A stretch of DNA of 64,000 bases, taken from positions 71,612,001-71,676,000 of the forward strand of contig NC_087437.1 of NCBI RefSeq assembly GCF_036321535.1, read 5' to 3'. A program made the translations under genes and the position numbers. The stretch is from Camelus dromedarius. Lineage: Eukaryota. Position 1 is the first letter of the stretch. Every line of letters begins with the position of its first letter. Below, one piece after another: positions 1 through 12,909 of this stretch. The notes under the pieces are model-generated. The model saw nothing but the letters and a program-made list of their open reading frames with translations. It was not told the origin of the DNA and did not search any database.

Positions 1-393
1 TACGAAGTCTTTAACAGAGACGATGGATTTGTCTAGTTCTTTTTATTCTGCAATTTTGCTTTACATATTTTAAGTGACATTATGGGGTACATACAAATTT
101 GGAATTTAAATTTGTCCTCTTGGTAAATGATTCTTTTAAAGATATGAAATACCTCTCTATATCCAGTAATGCACCTTGAATTAAGAAATATCTTGTATAA
201 TATGACATACTGCACCAACTTTCTTTTGGTTAGTATTAGAGTGTGGTATTTCTTTTACTATCCTTTTATTTACATTTATACATTCTTTTTAAAAGATTGT
301 ACTCTTGTAAGCAACATATATTTAGTATTTTTTTTCTGAATCTCATTTGACATTCTTTGTCTTTTACTTGGCATATTTGAGTCCATTTGTATT

Positions 394-460
394 ACACACA
401 CACACATATGTGTGTGTGTGTGTGTGTGTGTATAAATATATATATAAATATATATATTTA
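394..460. repeat. Compound (CA)n-TA-(TG)n / (TA)n microsatellite
   Basis: Directly visible; 394-421 is a perfect 28-bp palindrome followed by more TG and AT-rich repeats. Confidence 0.9.
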
Positions 461-1685
461 ATGGGTAAATATAAACATTGATTCCCCATCTGAGATTCTT
501 CTGTCTCTGTCCCAGAGTTCTAGTGAGAGGTCCAGGTCACAAGATTGTTTTCTCAAGTATATTTTCTGCTCCTAAGATCGCCACAGTTTTGCCTCAGAAA
601 ACCTATTTGTTCCACTGAAGCTGAGTCTGGCCTTGCACCCAACTGAGTGCCAGCCTCAACTCTGAGCAGGGTCCAGACTCATAGGCTCCAAAATTCTTGC
701 CCATAAGAAGCCAGAGCTACAGAAGAATAGGTGATACTGGGGACAGGAGCCAAGAGCTTGCCTGTTTTTTCTTATTGATTTCTAGGGGCTCTGTATATAT
801 TCTGCATATGAGCCCTTTGTCAGTTATGTGTGTTGGAAATATATTCTCTTGTCCATGGCTTGTCTTTTTGTTCTCTTAATGATACCTTTTGATGAGTAAA
901 AATCCCAATTTTCATATAACCATTTAACAACACATCTTTTAAAAATTTATTTAAAATACAGAGAGGGGAGGAAATGGTTTGAACTCTTGAGAAGGCTTAG
1001 AGTAGGACAGGACTGGAAACTCCCTGAATTTTCTGGCCCTTATGAAGGAATAACCTTAGCCTCTCTGTTCACATTTTCACACAGATTTATGCAATATTTT
1101 ATAGGAATAACGTAGATTCTTTAGAGACCATGCCCTCAACTGAACTTTATTATACTCCATGTCTAATATAAACAATTTGAGATGCTGTATCCCAACTGAT
1201 TTGATTTCAAGGATGGAAGTGCAAGGAGGAGGGAATAGTCATTAGTTTTTGCACAAAGGACAAAGCCGTATAACGATATTACTTTCAACCTATGAACATT
1301 CCTAACCGGAAGGAGAAAACTTCCAGTTCCTTAGTATTAATGATAAAAAATAAAAAATAGCTTAAGATCTTCCTTCAGAAGAGTGGCACTGGTGAGTAAC
1401 ACAAAAGCACCCGTCACCAATGCCTCTTGCTTGGACGACGGAGAAGACAGGGCCCTGACAGAGAGGACAGGGCCCTCACAGACCCTGGGAAACAGATACA
1501 CCTCTGAGGTCAGACACCCTTCCCCTCTCCTCCAGCCCCCTGCTGCCTCCCCACTGCACGGAGTAAGGCCCTGCCGCCCAGCTGGGAGCAGCAGCATTCA
1601 GAACGTGCTAAGACAATATGCTACGCGGATGAATTCCTTCTTGAGAGTTGATCTGGAAAGAAGGTAGGAAGCAAGGCAGCTGAAG

Positions 1686-1697
1686 TGCGCATGCGCA
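1686..1697. promoter_or_regulatory. Perfect NRF1 consensus palindrome TGCGCATGCGCA in SIDT1 intron 3
   Basis: Exact match to YGCGCAYGCGCR, followed by a further GCGCA half-site; motif only, function not shown. Confidence 0.45.
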
Positions 1698-1752
1698 AGC
1701 GCAGGACGTGCTGACAAGCGAACAGAGAAAAGCTGCAAGGAGTCCCGCTTAC

Positions 1753-1923
1753 TGCAGCTGGAAGTGCTTGATCCTGGTAACCAGCAGTTTGTAGTAGGCA
1801 CCCAGGGGCGCCATGGATGCTACATCCACAAAGATCAGTTGCTCCAGAGGTCCTGTCTCGTTGGTTGCTTCCGAGGGACACAAGGTGCGGCTCACTTCCT
1901 GGTAGCTGTAGCTCCTCTGGTAT
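1753..1923 (-). CDS. SIDT1: SIDT1 (SID1 transmembrane family member 1) coding exon 3, 171 nt
   Basis: Encodes (L)YQRSYSYQEVSRTLCPSEATNETGPLEQLIFVDVASMAPLGAYYKLLVTRIKHFQL(Q); CAG acceptor at 1926-1924, GTAAGC donor from 1752; phase joins exon 2 (CT+A = Leu). Confidence 0.96.
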
Positions 1924-2926
1924 CTGCAGCAGCCAAACGAGGGTAAAACCAGCCAGAAGTAGAAAGAGACTCCATGAACAAGCAGGGAAAGAAACACCTC
2001 ACTTCACTTCTCCCTAAATTTCATTTCAAGTCCTTACATTTAAAATTTCATACTGGACTTACTGATAGTAATTGCAGAGCTAGTGTGTTTGGCACAGGGT
2101 TGTGTGGCGTGGTAACAGGGATGAGAGGACTGTTGAGTGCTGGCCAGTTCACTTAGGCTGTGAACACGCCAAACCATCCTTCTAATTAAATCAGGAAAAA
2201 ATACCGGATTTTGAAGGGGAAACTCTTCCGATAAAACAACCAGTTGATTTCCTTTTCCCACTCTTCAAGGTTTTTCTAAATGAACGTAAAGTAAGCCCCA
2301 GAGTCCAAGTCAAGGCTATCAGAGTATTTCAATCTTCAAACTCCTCAACCTCCAAAAATGATTAAACACTGTACTATGTGCCCATGTCTGCATGCCTTCT
2401 GGGTTTGCTCTTACTAGTGCTCTAGTGACTTGGAGAGTTTTCCCTGCAAAAATATAAACTCCAGTAGGCAGGGACTTTGTTGTTGTTTTCCACTACTGTG
2501 TCCCCAGCATCTGGCACTTGGTAGTACTCAATAAATATTACAAGATAAAGAAAGCACACGTGGTAAACATTGTAAAGAATGGGGGAGGTGTTACTCCTTT
2601 AAGTTGAGTATGACTTAAATACTCAGTGGATGACCCACTAACCAACCAAGAACAACAGAACATTCTGGATAGTATTAAAATGCTAAGTGTTCTTCCAGAT
2701 GCTACAAATCTAGGCAGAGTGCTTATGGGCACCTCAAAGAAGACAGAAACAAAACAGAGCTGAGCAGGTTGGGGGCATGCACCATGACCACTGTTTGCAC
2801 TTAGCATGCATAATATGTCCGCATTCCGAATGTCTGGTTTCTCCTCATTAAGGAAAAAACCAATTAAGGTCTAGGATGTTGAAAGAAAACAAGTGTAATG
2901 AAGTTGTTGGGGAAAGATCCACTTAC

Positions 2927-3048
2927 AGTCCTTGGAAAAGCAGAGGAACCTGCCAGGACAGCACCCCTTTCTGCTGGCGAACCACGACCAGGACCGGGTA
3001 GTCGAGGTTCTCCGAGGAGCTGTTCACATACACCCGCACAGCGTTCAC
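2927..3048 (-). CDS. SIDT1: SIDT1 coding exon 2, 122 nt
   Basis: Encodes VNAVRVYVNSSSENLDYPVLVVVRQQKGVLSWQVPLLFQG(L); CAG acceptor, GTAAGT donor from 2926; phase 0 start matches exon 1. Confidence 0.96.
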
Positions 3049-3966
3049 CTGCAGCCGGGACAGAGAGCGGTAACACCAGTCACACACCCATGCATATACA
3101 TCAAACATCGTGGCTGCCATCTGAAGCTCTGAAAAACTTTAATTTCTCACATTTGCTTCTGATCAATAAGATAAATAATCCAAATGCCCTCGCTGTCTTC
3201 TCCACATTCACGTTGTAACCACTGATGGTTTCAACAGTGGTCGCACAACGAAATCATCAGGGGAGACTTAAAACTGATGTTGGTCCAACCCACCAAAATT
3301 CTGATTTAAGTGGTCTTGGGTGAAGCCAAATTATGGAGGCCTTAAATGCCGGGCCAAGAAGCTTGGACTGGGCAGTCAACACAAGATTACAAGAATAAGC
3401 CCAGGACAGAAAAAGGAGAGTAATGTGCTTCTCTTCTTATTTGAATGTAAATACTAAAGATGCAAATATCTTTATTAAAAAAAAAAAAAACCCCAAAACA
3501 AAAAAAGACCTGCAAGTGCCTCAACTGCTGACAAACTTTAATTCTGGTTTGGAAAATTATTCTGTGCTTCAAACCAAAATGTTAGTGTCACGTTTTATTA
3601 AAGCCCAGCAGATGGCCTGATGCTCCCCCAACAACAGATACCAGAGGGGATGAGTTGTCTTCTCTTTGCCCTATTCCAAGGCATAAATCAGTCCCTGAAA
3701 CAAAATGCTGTTTTACACCAGCAGCCGCATGGCTCCTTCTGAATACATATGTCATCCCAAGGACTGAACGCTACCACGGCTGTTTAAAAGACAGGACATT
3801 GAACTGTGCCCCTGGATCTAGATGGTTTTGGTGTTTTCCTTCAGTTTTTATAATACCATGGGCAACACGGAAAGAACAATAGGAAAAAGGTGAAGTGTAA
3901 AAGAAAAAATTGATCTTTCTCATGATGTTTCTTTTCCCCCAATATACTAAAGCCTTAGTGTTCTCT

Positions 3967-4215
3967 CTCTTTTAAAATTTGCATTCTTTTTAATTGAAAT
4001 ATAGTCAGTTTATAATGTGTCAATTTCTGGAATACAGCATAATGTTTCAGTCATACATATACAAGAATGTTTTCACATTCTTTTTCATTATAGGTTACCA
4101 CAAGATATTAATTATAGTTCCCTGTGCTATATAGTATAAACTTGTTGTTTATCTATTTTCTATATAGTAATTAGTATTTGCAAATCGTGAACTCCCAATT
4201 TATCCCTTCCCACTC
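3967..4215 (-). mobile_element. 5'-truncated young L1 3' end with 17-bp TSD
   Basis: Exact direct repeat AAGCCTTAGTGTTCTCT at 3950-3966 and 4216-4232; interior resembles laurasiatherian L1 3' UTR and is similar to 58085-58193. Confidence 0.8.
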
Positions 4216-5019
4216 AAGCCTTAGTGTTCTCTTGAAAACACCTTTATCAGGGGAAAGAAATGAAACAAGAAAAGCTTGCAGTTAAACCCTGGAGATCTAT
4301 GACATGTTCAAGGTGAAAACTGAGAGGCAACAGAGCAGCATGGATGTCACAGATTATTACTGTGTGGGTCTCTGCTATCATTCTTGATTAAGCCACTTTG
4401 CTTTTTTAATGTAACAACGGTCCAGGAGTAATTTATTAATTTGATAAGAAGTGCTCACTCTTGACAGGAGCGCTTACTTGTGCCTACACTCTACATGCTA
4501 CCATGGAAATTTTGCGGCAGCTGATCATTGCCAACACCCCATCTCTGGTGCAGATCTCTTTCCTAAGCTCAGGATGTTCCATGTGCACCTCAAACTCAGC
4601 CTGTCTGAAACGGAACCTATCACTTCCTTCACCCTCAACTTTAATTTCTTCTGGATTTCCTTGCTTGTTGAATGGTCTCAGCACACAGTCGTTCATCTGA
4701 GCCTGAGACCTGAGAGTCACCCTTGCTTCCTACTTCTTTAGCTTTCTCAGTCCATGGTCATCAGGTTCTGCCTCTTCTGCCTCCTTCATACTGTCCGTAC
4801 CCTGACTCTCCCCTCCCTGACCTCGACATTCTCCTCATCCAGTCCCTTATCACCATCACCTCCTGACAGCACCTTATCTAGTCTTCTTAGCCCCAGGGCT
4901 ATACCCCTCAGATGCCAGTTTCATCTTGGCATTTTCCTGCTGAAAAGGCCTTCAGGGGCTCTGGGAATTTTCAGATTTATTCCCAAAAGAATGAGAACAG
5001 GATTTTTATAAGAATATAA

Positions 5020-5610
5020 AATAGAATAATGAATCTACATGTACTTACCATCCAGCTTTAATGATTATTAACAAACATACCACTTTACTTCATTTCTACC
5101 TCCCATTTCCCACACATATCCTTTTTGGATTATTTTAAAGTAAATACCAAAGATCATACCATTTCATCTGTAAATCAGTCTATATCTCTAAGAGATAAGG
5201 CCTCCTCTTTTTAATATAGCACATTACCATGATCATACTTAATAAAGTTAATAACAATTCTTTAAAATTATCCAATATCCACATAGGGTTTGAATTTCTT
5301 CATTTGTTTCAAAAGTTGTGCTTTTTTTCAGTTTTTTTTAATTGGGGGGAGCAAACAAGATCCACAGATTGCATTTGGTTGATATGTATTTTGAGCATCT
5401 TTTAATCTAAAAGTAACCCTCCTTCCTTTTTTTCTGTTTTTGCATTTATTTGTTAAAGAAAGCAGTTCACAAAGGAGCAGTACAAACCTGAGGTACCCAG
5501 GCTCCACATTTTGCTGATTGCACTCTGTGGTGTCATTGAACAGGATCTTTTATCTCCTGTATTTCCTGTAGACAGGCAGTTAGAGCTAGAGGCTTGACTA
5601 GATTCAAGTA
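5020..5610 (-). mobile_element. Old L1M (L1MC/ME-type) 3' UTR fragment
   Basis: Recalled similarity to old L1 3' ends; similar to 57230-57620; boundaries approximate. Confidence 0.5.
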
Positions 5611-6097
5611 ACCACAGTTCTCAAACTTCTGCTTAGATTTCGAATTAGAGTCAAAGTTTTCACCACTCCAGGTTACTGAGGCCTATTTTTCTTCTAGTCA
5701 TTTATGGCATCACATTTTTAATATTTAAATCTCTATTCCTTTGTAGTTAATACTAACATAGGTTATGAGGAATGATTTTTTTTTTCCACATGGCTCTCCA
5801 GTTGTCCCAACACCACCTATTAACAAGTCAGTCTTTTCTCCACTGATCTGAATCCCTCCAGGCTCTTCTCTGTCACTGCCTCTTCCTCTAGTTTCTTTGT
5901 CTGCCAAGCCCCCAAAGCCCAGTTACTTGCTATTTCTCACAAGGGCACCATCCCCAGTAACTGGCCTTCTACTCTCCTCTTCATCCCTTCTTCCTTTTTG
6001 GGGAAGTCTTCCCTAATACTGCCCCATCCTACCAAATAAGTAGGTGTCCCTCCCTTGCGGGGAGCCCCATGTGGCCTCTGATTACCTCTATATTCTA

Positions 6098-7014
6098 TGT
6101 TACTACCACTGTGAAATAATAGAAAAAAATAGGGTCTTTGCACCCAATTCCTGGCACAGAACTCCTAAAATCCTTGTAATTTCCTAAGTGATAAGAACAC
6201 TAGGAGCATCTTTGGTTCTAATACTTGGTCTTTCCCCTGGCTCCTGACAGAGCTCCTAAATCCCTTGTAATTTCCTGGGTGATAGGAGTCTCTCTCATTC
6301 TAATGAAGAAACTTGTGGGCTCCTGGAGAACTTCACCATGAGAACTGGTCACCAGAAAGACCAAGCCATGATTAGAAGCATGGAGCTTTCAGCTCTACCT
6401 CCCATCCTCCAGGAAGGAGAGAGGGCTGGAGATTGAGTTAATGATTGGTCTTGCCTATGTGATGAAACCTCCATAAAAATTCCCCAGATACAAAGTTTGC
6501 AGAACGTCTGGGTTGGTGAATGCATCCACATGCCAGGAGTATGGAGCACCTCATGTCCATGGGGACAGAAGCTCCTGTGCTCGGGACACCTCTGGACCTT
6601 ACCCTGTGCATCTCTTCCACATTGCACATCCTGAGTTATATCCTTTAATAATAGACCAGTAATCTAATAAGTGAATGTTTTCCTGAATTCTCTGAGATGC
6701 TCTAGCAAATTAAACAAACCTGGGGGGTGGGTCACAAGAACCTCCAATTTATAGATGGTTGGTCAGAGCATAGGTGACAATCTGGACTTGTAATGGGCAT
6801 CTGAGGTAGCAGGTGGGCAGTCTTGTAGGACTGACCCCTTAACCTATGAGCTCTTATGTGAATACCAGGTAGACAGTGTCAGAACTGAATTCAATTGTAG
6901 GACATCCAGCCGGTGTCACAAAACTGCTTGATGTGTGGAAGACCCACACATCTGGTGTTGGAAGTATCGTGAGTGTGAGTAGAAGAGAACAGAAGATAGC
7001 TTTTCCTCTAGACA
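6098..7014 (+). mobile_element. MER21-like solo LTR
   Basis: TG...CA ends, internal duplicated CAGAG/ACTCCTAAA..CCTTGTAATTTCCT block, recalled MER21 similarity; reverse-complement relative at 23671-24479. Confidence 0.7.
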
Positions 7015-7084
7015 ACTACAAAGCATTTTTTTTTAATGTAGTCAAATTTATTCCTTTTTTCTTAGACTTTTCTTCCATGACTTT

Positions 7085-8270
7085 TTAAAACTGAGACATA
7101 GTTAACACACCACACAACCCATTCTTAAAGTGTAGAATGCAGAAGTTTTTAGTATATTCACAGAACTGTGCAATTATCACCACTACCTAATTCCAGAATA
7201 TTTTCATCACCCCAAAAAGAAGCTCAGTACCCATTAGCACTCACATCTCATTCCCTCCTTCCCCAAAGCCTAGTAAGCACTAATTTAATTTCTGTCTCTA
7301 AGGATTTGCCTATTTCATATACATGGAATAATATAATATATGCTCTCTTGTATCTGGCTTATTTCACTTAGCATAATGTTTTCAAGGTTCTTCCATGTTG
7401 TAGCATGTGCTAATGCTTCATTTCTGTTTATTGCTGGTTTTCATGGGGGTTTTTTTGTTTGTTTTTGACAAGTGAGAAAAATTTATTGAAGCACATGTAC
7501 ATTTCAGGGGGTGGAGAACAAAGGAGCAAGTGACAGTCCAGGATCCCGAGTTAAGCCTTCCATTACAATATCAATCCACATTAAATAAACCTTTTTAAAA
7601 CACTCTTCCATTCACTCACACGTGCATCGGAAACCACCAACGCCACCTTCAGTCCAGTAGCCTTAGAGGAAAGTCTGCTAGCACCTGACTTTCCTGAAAG
7701 GGACTTCTTCTCTGGTACAGACTCCTTTCACAAATGACTTTGTGTAAGATACAATAGTGAGAATACAAAGGTCAGTTTGGAACAGTGGGTTTCAGAAAAT
7801 GGATGTTAGACCACTAGACCCTTCTTGGAAAGGTCTCAACCTGCCACACCCAGGTTTCATCTAGGTCAAGTTTTGAAATATTATTAGTAATAATATTCCA
7901 ATTGTATAAATACACCACATTTGTTTATTCTTCAGTTGATGGAAATTTTGGTTGTGTCTCCTTTCGACTGTTACAAGCAATGCTGCTATGAACATTTGTT
8001 AACGAGTTTTTGTGTGAACATATGTTTTAAATTCTTTTGAGTGTTTACCTAGGAGTAGAATTGCTGGACGATGCTGTAACTCTTACATTTAACTTTCTGA
8101 GGGACTGCCAAAATGTCTTCCAAAAAGGTGCATCATTTTATATTCTAGCAATTTGCATTACCAGCAATGTGAAAGGTTCCAATTTCTCCACATCCTTGTC
8201 AGCACTTAGTACTGTCTGTCTTCTAGATTATAATCATCTTAGTGGGTGTGAAGTGTTGTCTCATTGTGGA
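7085..8270 (-). mobile_element. L1MB-type 3' end, interrupted at ~7436-7888
   Basis: Colinear with the L1MB-like copies at 49810-51160 and 55610-56960 in this window. Confidence 0.75.
7445..7852 (-). pseudogene. Polyadenylated retro-insertion of unidentified (3' UTR-like) sequence
   Basis: Degenerate poly(A) (T tract 7450-7466), AATAAA (TTTATT 7482-7487) 15 nt upstream, imperfect flanking repeat GGTTTTCAT/GGTTTCAT, interrupts an L1MB. Confidence 0.6.
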
Positions 8271-8636
8271 CCATACCATGTTCTAACTATTTACCTGCCT
8301 GGCTCTTCTGGGAAGCTGAAAAACATCACCTTTGGCATCCTTGGTGCTGGCAAAATTAATTAGCTTAGAAGCAGGCTCACTTTTGAGGTGCATAACACAA
8401 ACACACGCCAGCATTGTACACATCACATGTGTTTAGAGCACACTTTCTCCAGCTTAAATCTATGGCAGTCAGAACCGAGGTAAAAAATCAGGAAATCTGT
8501 GAAATAGGCCAGCTTCATCTTTAGCTTGTCTGCTTCCCTTTTCGTTACCTAGGCTGCAGCCTCCTCCTCCCTTCGTAGGTACTTAGTGCCAGAAGGGATT
8601 CCCCTCCATTTTTTCTTTTTCACACTTTACCCTAAG

Positions 8637-8810
8637 GCAGTGATTCTCAAATTTTAGTGTGCCTTTTAGCATTCAGATTCCTCAAGCCCACCCCCAGCAT
8701 TTCTGATTTGGCAGATCAGGAATAAAACTTAAAAACAATGTGTTTCTCATAAGCTTGCTGGGGGATTCTGATGCACATGGATTGGAGCCCACACCTTGGA
8801 AGTACTGTTC
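8637..8810. mobile_element. MER5-like hAT-Charlie MITE
   Basis: CAGTGATTCTCAAA start and ..GAAGTACTG end; recalled MER5 similarity. Confidence 0.55.
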
Positions 8811-9984
8811 CAAGAAACCATCGAGCGGATGGCCCCATTTGTCAGCAACTCGCCAAGGGCCCATTATTCCGAGATGCACAACCATGAGATCACCAACATC
8901 ACTAGCACGTCTAGAGGCTGGTGGGGCTGGTGGGGCTGAAACTGGGCCAGCAGGAGGTAGGTGTTCTGGGAGAAGAGCAGAGCAGATGTGTCACTGTCAT
9001 GGTTACTGCAGTCTGCTCTTTATCTCCACACCCTATTATTCCTGGTCTGGCTCTTGTAATCCACTTACTTTTTTATTATTTAATGATGATCTTACTAATT
9101 ATAATTTTAAAACTCAGAGATACTCACATAATAATTTAAAAAAATACATTAGAGTAGGAGATAGAAAACACTGGGCAGTTTTTCAAAATGAGCAGATAAT
9201 GCACCACCCCAGGAAAGGATAAAAAGTCCTGTTCAAATTTTGCTTTGCTTTTCCAGAGGCTAAATGCCACTGAGAAAGTTGGATTACATTTGCAGCCCTG
9301 AAGTAAACCATATGAAGGCAAAACTAAATGAAGGTATTGACAATGCATAATGGACTCTGACACCTTGTAACAGACCATTCTTAAGAGCCAAGATTTTTCC
9401 CCTCCTGTTGCTTTTTCCTGTTGTCATGACAATAAGAGCAATTTTATTATATATATATGTTGTTTTTTCCCTATGTTTACTACAAGCAGGGAATTGCATT
9501 ATAACTAAGACAGAAGAATTATTGAAGTGCTCCCATCTCTAATATTATATAGAACAGAATTATGAAAGGTCTTAAAGCTTAGACAGTCCCTTTTTAATCT
9601 TTTAGAACATGTCAGTAGGGAAAAGTTCAAAATTATAAGTAATATAGTTCTGTTGCATAAAGAGGATGAAAATGAGTTTGCTTCAAAATTGAGTTTGGTT
9701 TTGCTAAAATAATGAGACTGTAGGCTTTGTTAGTTGGAACATCAGATTAAGAATCAGAGATTATTGGTTTCCATTATTAGCCATACCATCGTTTTCCAGT
9801 GTGATCTTGAAAAACTGACTCCATTTGTGAAATAGCTACAATAGTATTTGCTAATGGTTCTCTTCCTTCATCCAACAAACATTGTAAAACAAATTTGTTA
9901 CAAACACAAATATAACTTGGTAACTGTTTCAGTAACTGTGTTATGTTCACTGGGTGTACATCTTGGAGGTGTTTAGGTTCTTTG

Positions 9985-10170
9985 GTCCTTCTGTCCTTCC
10001 CTTTTTCCTCCCTCCTTCCCTTCTTCCTCTCTCCCTCTCTCTTCCTTCCTTCCTTTCTTCCCTCCTTCCTTCCTTCCTTTCTTCCCTCCTTCCTTCCTTC
10101 CTTCTTTCCTTCTTCCCTTCCTTCCCTCTTTCCATTCTTTCTTCTTACCCTCCCATTCTCCCTCCATCAT
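9985..10170. repeat. (CCTT)n-based polypyrimidine/polypurine tract
   Basis: Directly visible ~185 bp almost pure C/T. Confidence 0.95.
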
Positions 10171-11336
10171 TCATCAAACATTCACTGAGTCAGGAGTTTG
10201 GGGAGGCACTAAGGGTATCTTAAAGGCAACCCTGTCCTTCAGGAGCTCATGATCTGGATAACAGATGATGTTATCCCCAAAAGCATAATGTGATGATATA
10301 GTAGCAATGTGAGCAGGTGCTGTGGGCACCCAGAGGACGGGAAAAACCACATAGGCTGGTCAGTTACTTCCCAAGTTATAGTGAAGCTGGGCTTGTTCAC
10401 ATAGGTCCTGCTGTTGCCTGCCTGGTGCACATGACCCTGACTCACAGTATTAGAGGACCGTACATCTGGAAAGGGACTCGGAGATCATCTAGTCCAAAGG
10501 TTCCATTTATAGAAGAGGAGCCGAGACATAGAGGTGACGTGACTTCCTCAAGGATGCTCAGCTATTGAAGAACCATGACTACACCCCAAGCTTCTTACAT
10601 CCCAGTCTCCACACAGTGCTTGGTCAGATCATGTTATTATCACTATTTGAATTCCCGACTCCACTGAACACCACTGGGGATATAGGCTTCTCCTGCTATT
10701 CTACTGTGAAATCAAGAAGCTATGTAAACAACATGAGCAAAGGGAGAGACAAGCCACAGAACAGGAGATGTTATTTGTACATATCTAACAGACAAAATAT
10801 CAGTATCTTTAATATAGAAAGAATCCTTAAAACTCGTAGAAAAACACAACACCACAATAGAAAATCAAGTAAAGGATATAAACGGCAACTGAAGAGAAGA
10901 ATGACCAAAGAACAAGTGAAAAGATGTTAACACTTCACACTCACCAGAAAGGTAAAGCCTCCAAAGTGTGACAACACCGCATTGGCAAGGATGCTGAGAA
11001 CTAGGGACTCTAGCATACTGCTTACGAAAACATTACTTGGTACAACCATTTCAGAGAGCAAGTTGGCAATATCTATTAAAGCTGAAGAGGAGTTCACAAT
11101 ACATTCCAGCATCTCCACTCCTAAGTTTACACACCAGAAAAACTCTTACATACGCACAAGGAGTCATGAACAAGAATGAAATGAATGAACTAGAATATGG
11201 ATCAGCATGGATAACCCTGAAGAAGATAAATTAAGAGAAAGACTAATTATCTACCCCCCCCAAAAAAGAAAGACCAGGTTGCTGAAGGATACACTGCATG
11301 ATCCCATTTACATAAAGTCTGTAAAGAAGTAAAATG

Positions 11337-11338
<2 letters not shown>

Positions 11339-11387
<49 letters not shown>
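11339..11387. repeat. (TCTA)11 tetranucleotide microsatellite
   Basis: Directly visible, within an old L1 3' end (~10740-11440). Confidence 0.95.
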
Positions 11388-11389
<2 letters not shown>

Positions 11390-11452
11390 AGTAAAATATA
11401 CATACATGGAAGTAATAAACATCGAAATTAAGGTAGTTGTTTTCAAAAGCTT

Positions 11453-11883
11453 TGAAGGATCTGAGACTTTACCCCACTTTCCAGTTCCATCGATAACTGA
11501 TAGAAGACCCAGACCCCTGGGTTAGAGGCAAGACTTTATTGGTCTTGTCACAGCATGCAGCAAGAGCACCCACACTCACATTTGCATCGGTTCCTCTTGC
11601 CCCTGAGTGCCATGAAGGGGATGTAAATGGGCCCAGTTGGATGCCTACATACGTGCAGTGGGTTGAACTACAGGAGAGGAGCTGTGAGCTTAGGGAAACT
11701 GCATCTTTTATAACGGGCAGTAAACCTGCCTGACTTTTGCTTCAGAGAGGGACACTGTCTCTATCTTCCGAGCCTGTTCTCTATACAAATGTCCTTGAAA
11801 GAACAGAATAGAAAATTTTCAGTCAGTATCTTTCTGTAAGATATGCAGAAATCAGGAGACCTATGAAAAACCATCTCCCCAAA
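11453..11883 (-). mobile_element. ERVL-type solo LTR (MER77/MER68-like)
   Basis: TGAAGGATCTGAGA end, minus-strand AATAAA near 11535-11540; family from recall. Confidence 0.5.
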
Positions 11884-12429
11884 ATGGTTACTTTGGGGGA
11901 TGAAAGAAGAGGATGAGTGGGGGTAAGGCAGGAATTTAAATTTTGTTTGTTTGTTTGTTTCCTAAGCTGACTTGTGGGTACATAGGTGTTCGTTTCGTTT
12001 TCTGTCCTTGTTTATATGTCTGAAAATTTCATCACCATCACCATCGTCATCATCCTCACCATCATAAATAAGTCACGATGTGCTGGTGTTTGTGTTTGCC
12101 CACTTCTGAGCAACAACTCTCACTTTATACAGGTTCTTTGTTATTTAGAAATATGGCACTCAGTCCTCAAAACATACTCTCATGGCTTTCCTGGCTCATT
12201 TTGCCATAGTCCATCTTTACTAATGCTTGACCTGCTTATGCTGACTTCATTGATTACAGTGTGCGTGTCTCTCCCCCCCCCCCCCCCCAGCCAGCTGCAG
12301 AACTTTGCACTGTCTTTGATCTAATTAACAGGGCTCATTTCTCCACTGTTCTCCCTGGAAAAGAAACATGAAGATGGAGCTAGTGCTGCACTGGACAGAA
12401 ATGTGCCCCCGAGATTCCATGTTATTGGG

Positions 12430-12909
12430 TGTGTGGCTTTCCTAGGGCTGCCATAGCAAAGTACCACAAACTGGGTGGCTTAAAATAACAGAAATGTGTT
12501 CTCTCACAGTTCTGGAGGCTAGAAGTCTGGAATCAAGATCAGTCAGGCTATGCTCCCTCTGAGACCCTGGGTGGAATCCTTCCCTGCCCTTCCTAGCTTC
12601 TGGTGGTGACCATCAATCCTTGATGTTCCTTGGCTTGTAGCTGCATCACTGTGCCCTTTGCCTCTGTCCCCATGGCGTTCTCTCTCTGTGTGTCTGATCC
12701 ACGTTCCGTTCTCCTCTCTGTGCCTGCCTGTGTCCAGATTTCCCTCTCCTGAAGACTTCAGTCACACTGGATTAGGGCCCACCTTAATGACCTCATCTTA
12801 ACTTGATTTCATCTGCAAACACCCTATTTCCAAACAAGGTCCCATTCACAGGTCCCAGGGGTTAGGACTTCAACATATATTATGGGGGGACAGAAGTCAA
12901 CCCATAGCA
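12430..12909 (-). mobile_element. MLT1 (MaLR) solo LTR
   Basis: Hallmark AAAGTACCACAAACTGGGTGGCTTAAA..CAGAAATG..TCTCACAGTTCTGGAGGCTAGAAGTC. Confidence 0.8.

Noticed and set aside
8740..9222. 160-aa ORF in SIDT1 intron 1
   Set aside because: Starts in a MER5-like repeat with GTG; no homology or exon structure recognised
9943..10223. ORFs with PSFL/KEGR repeats
   Set aside because: Translations of the CCTT microsatellite
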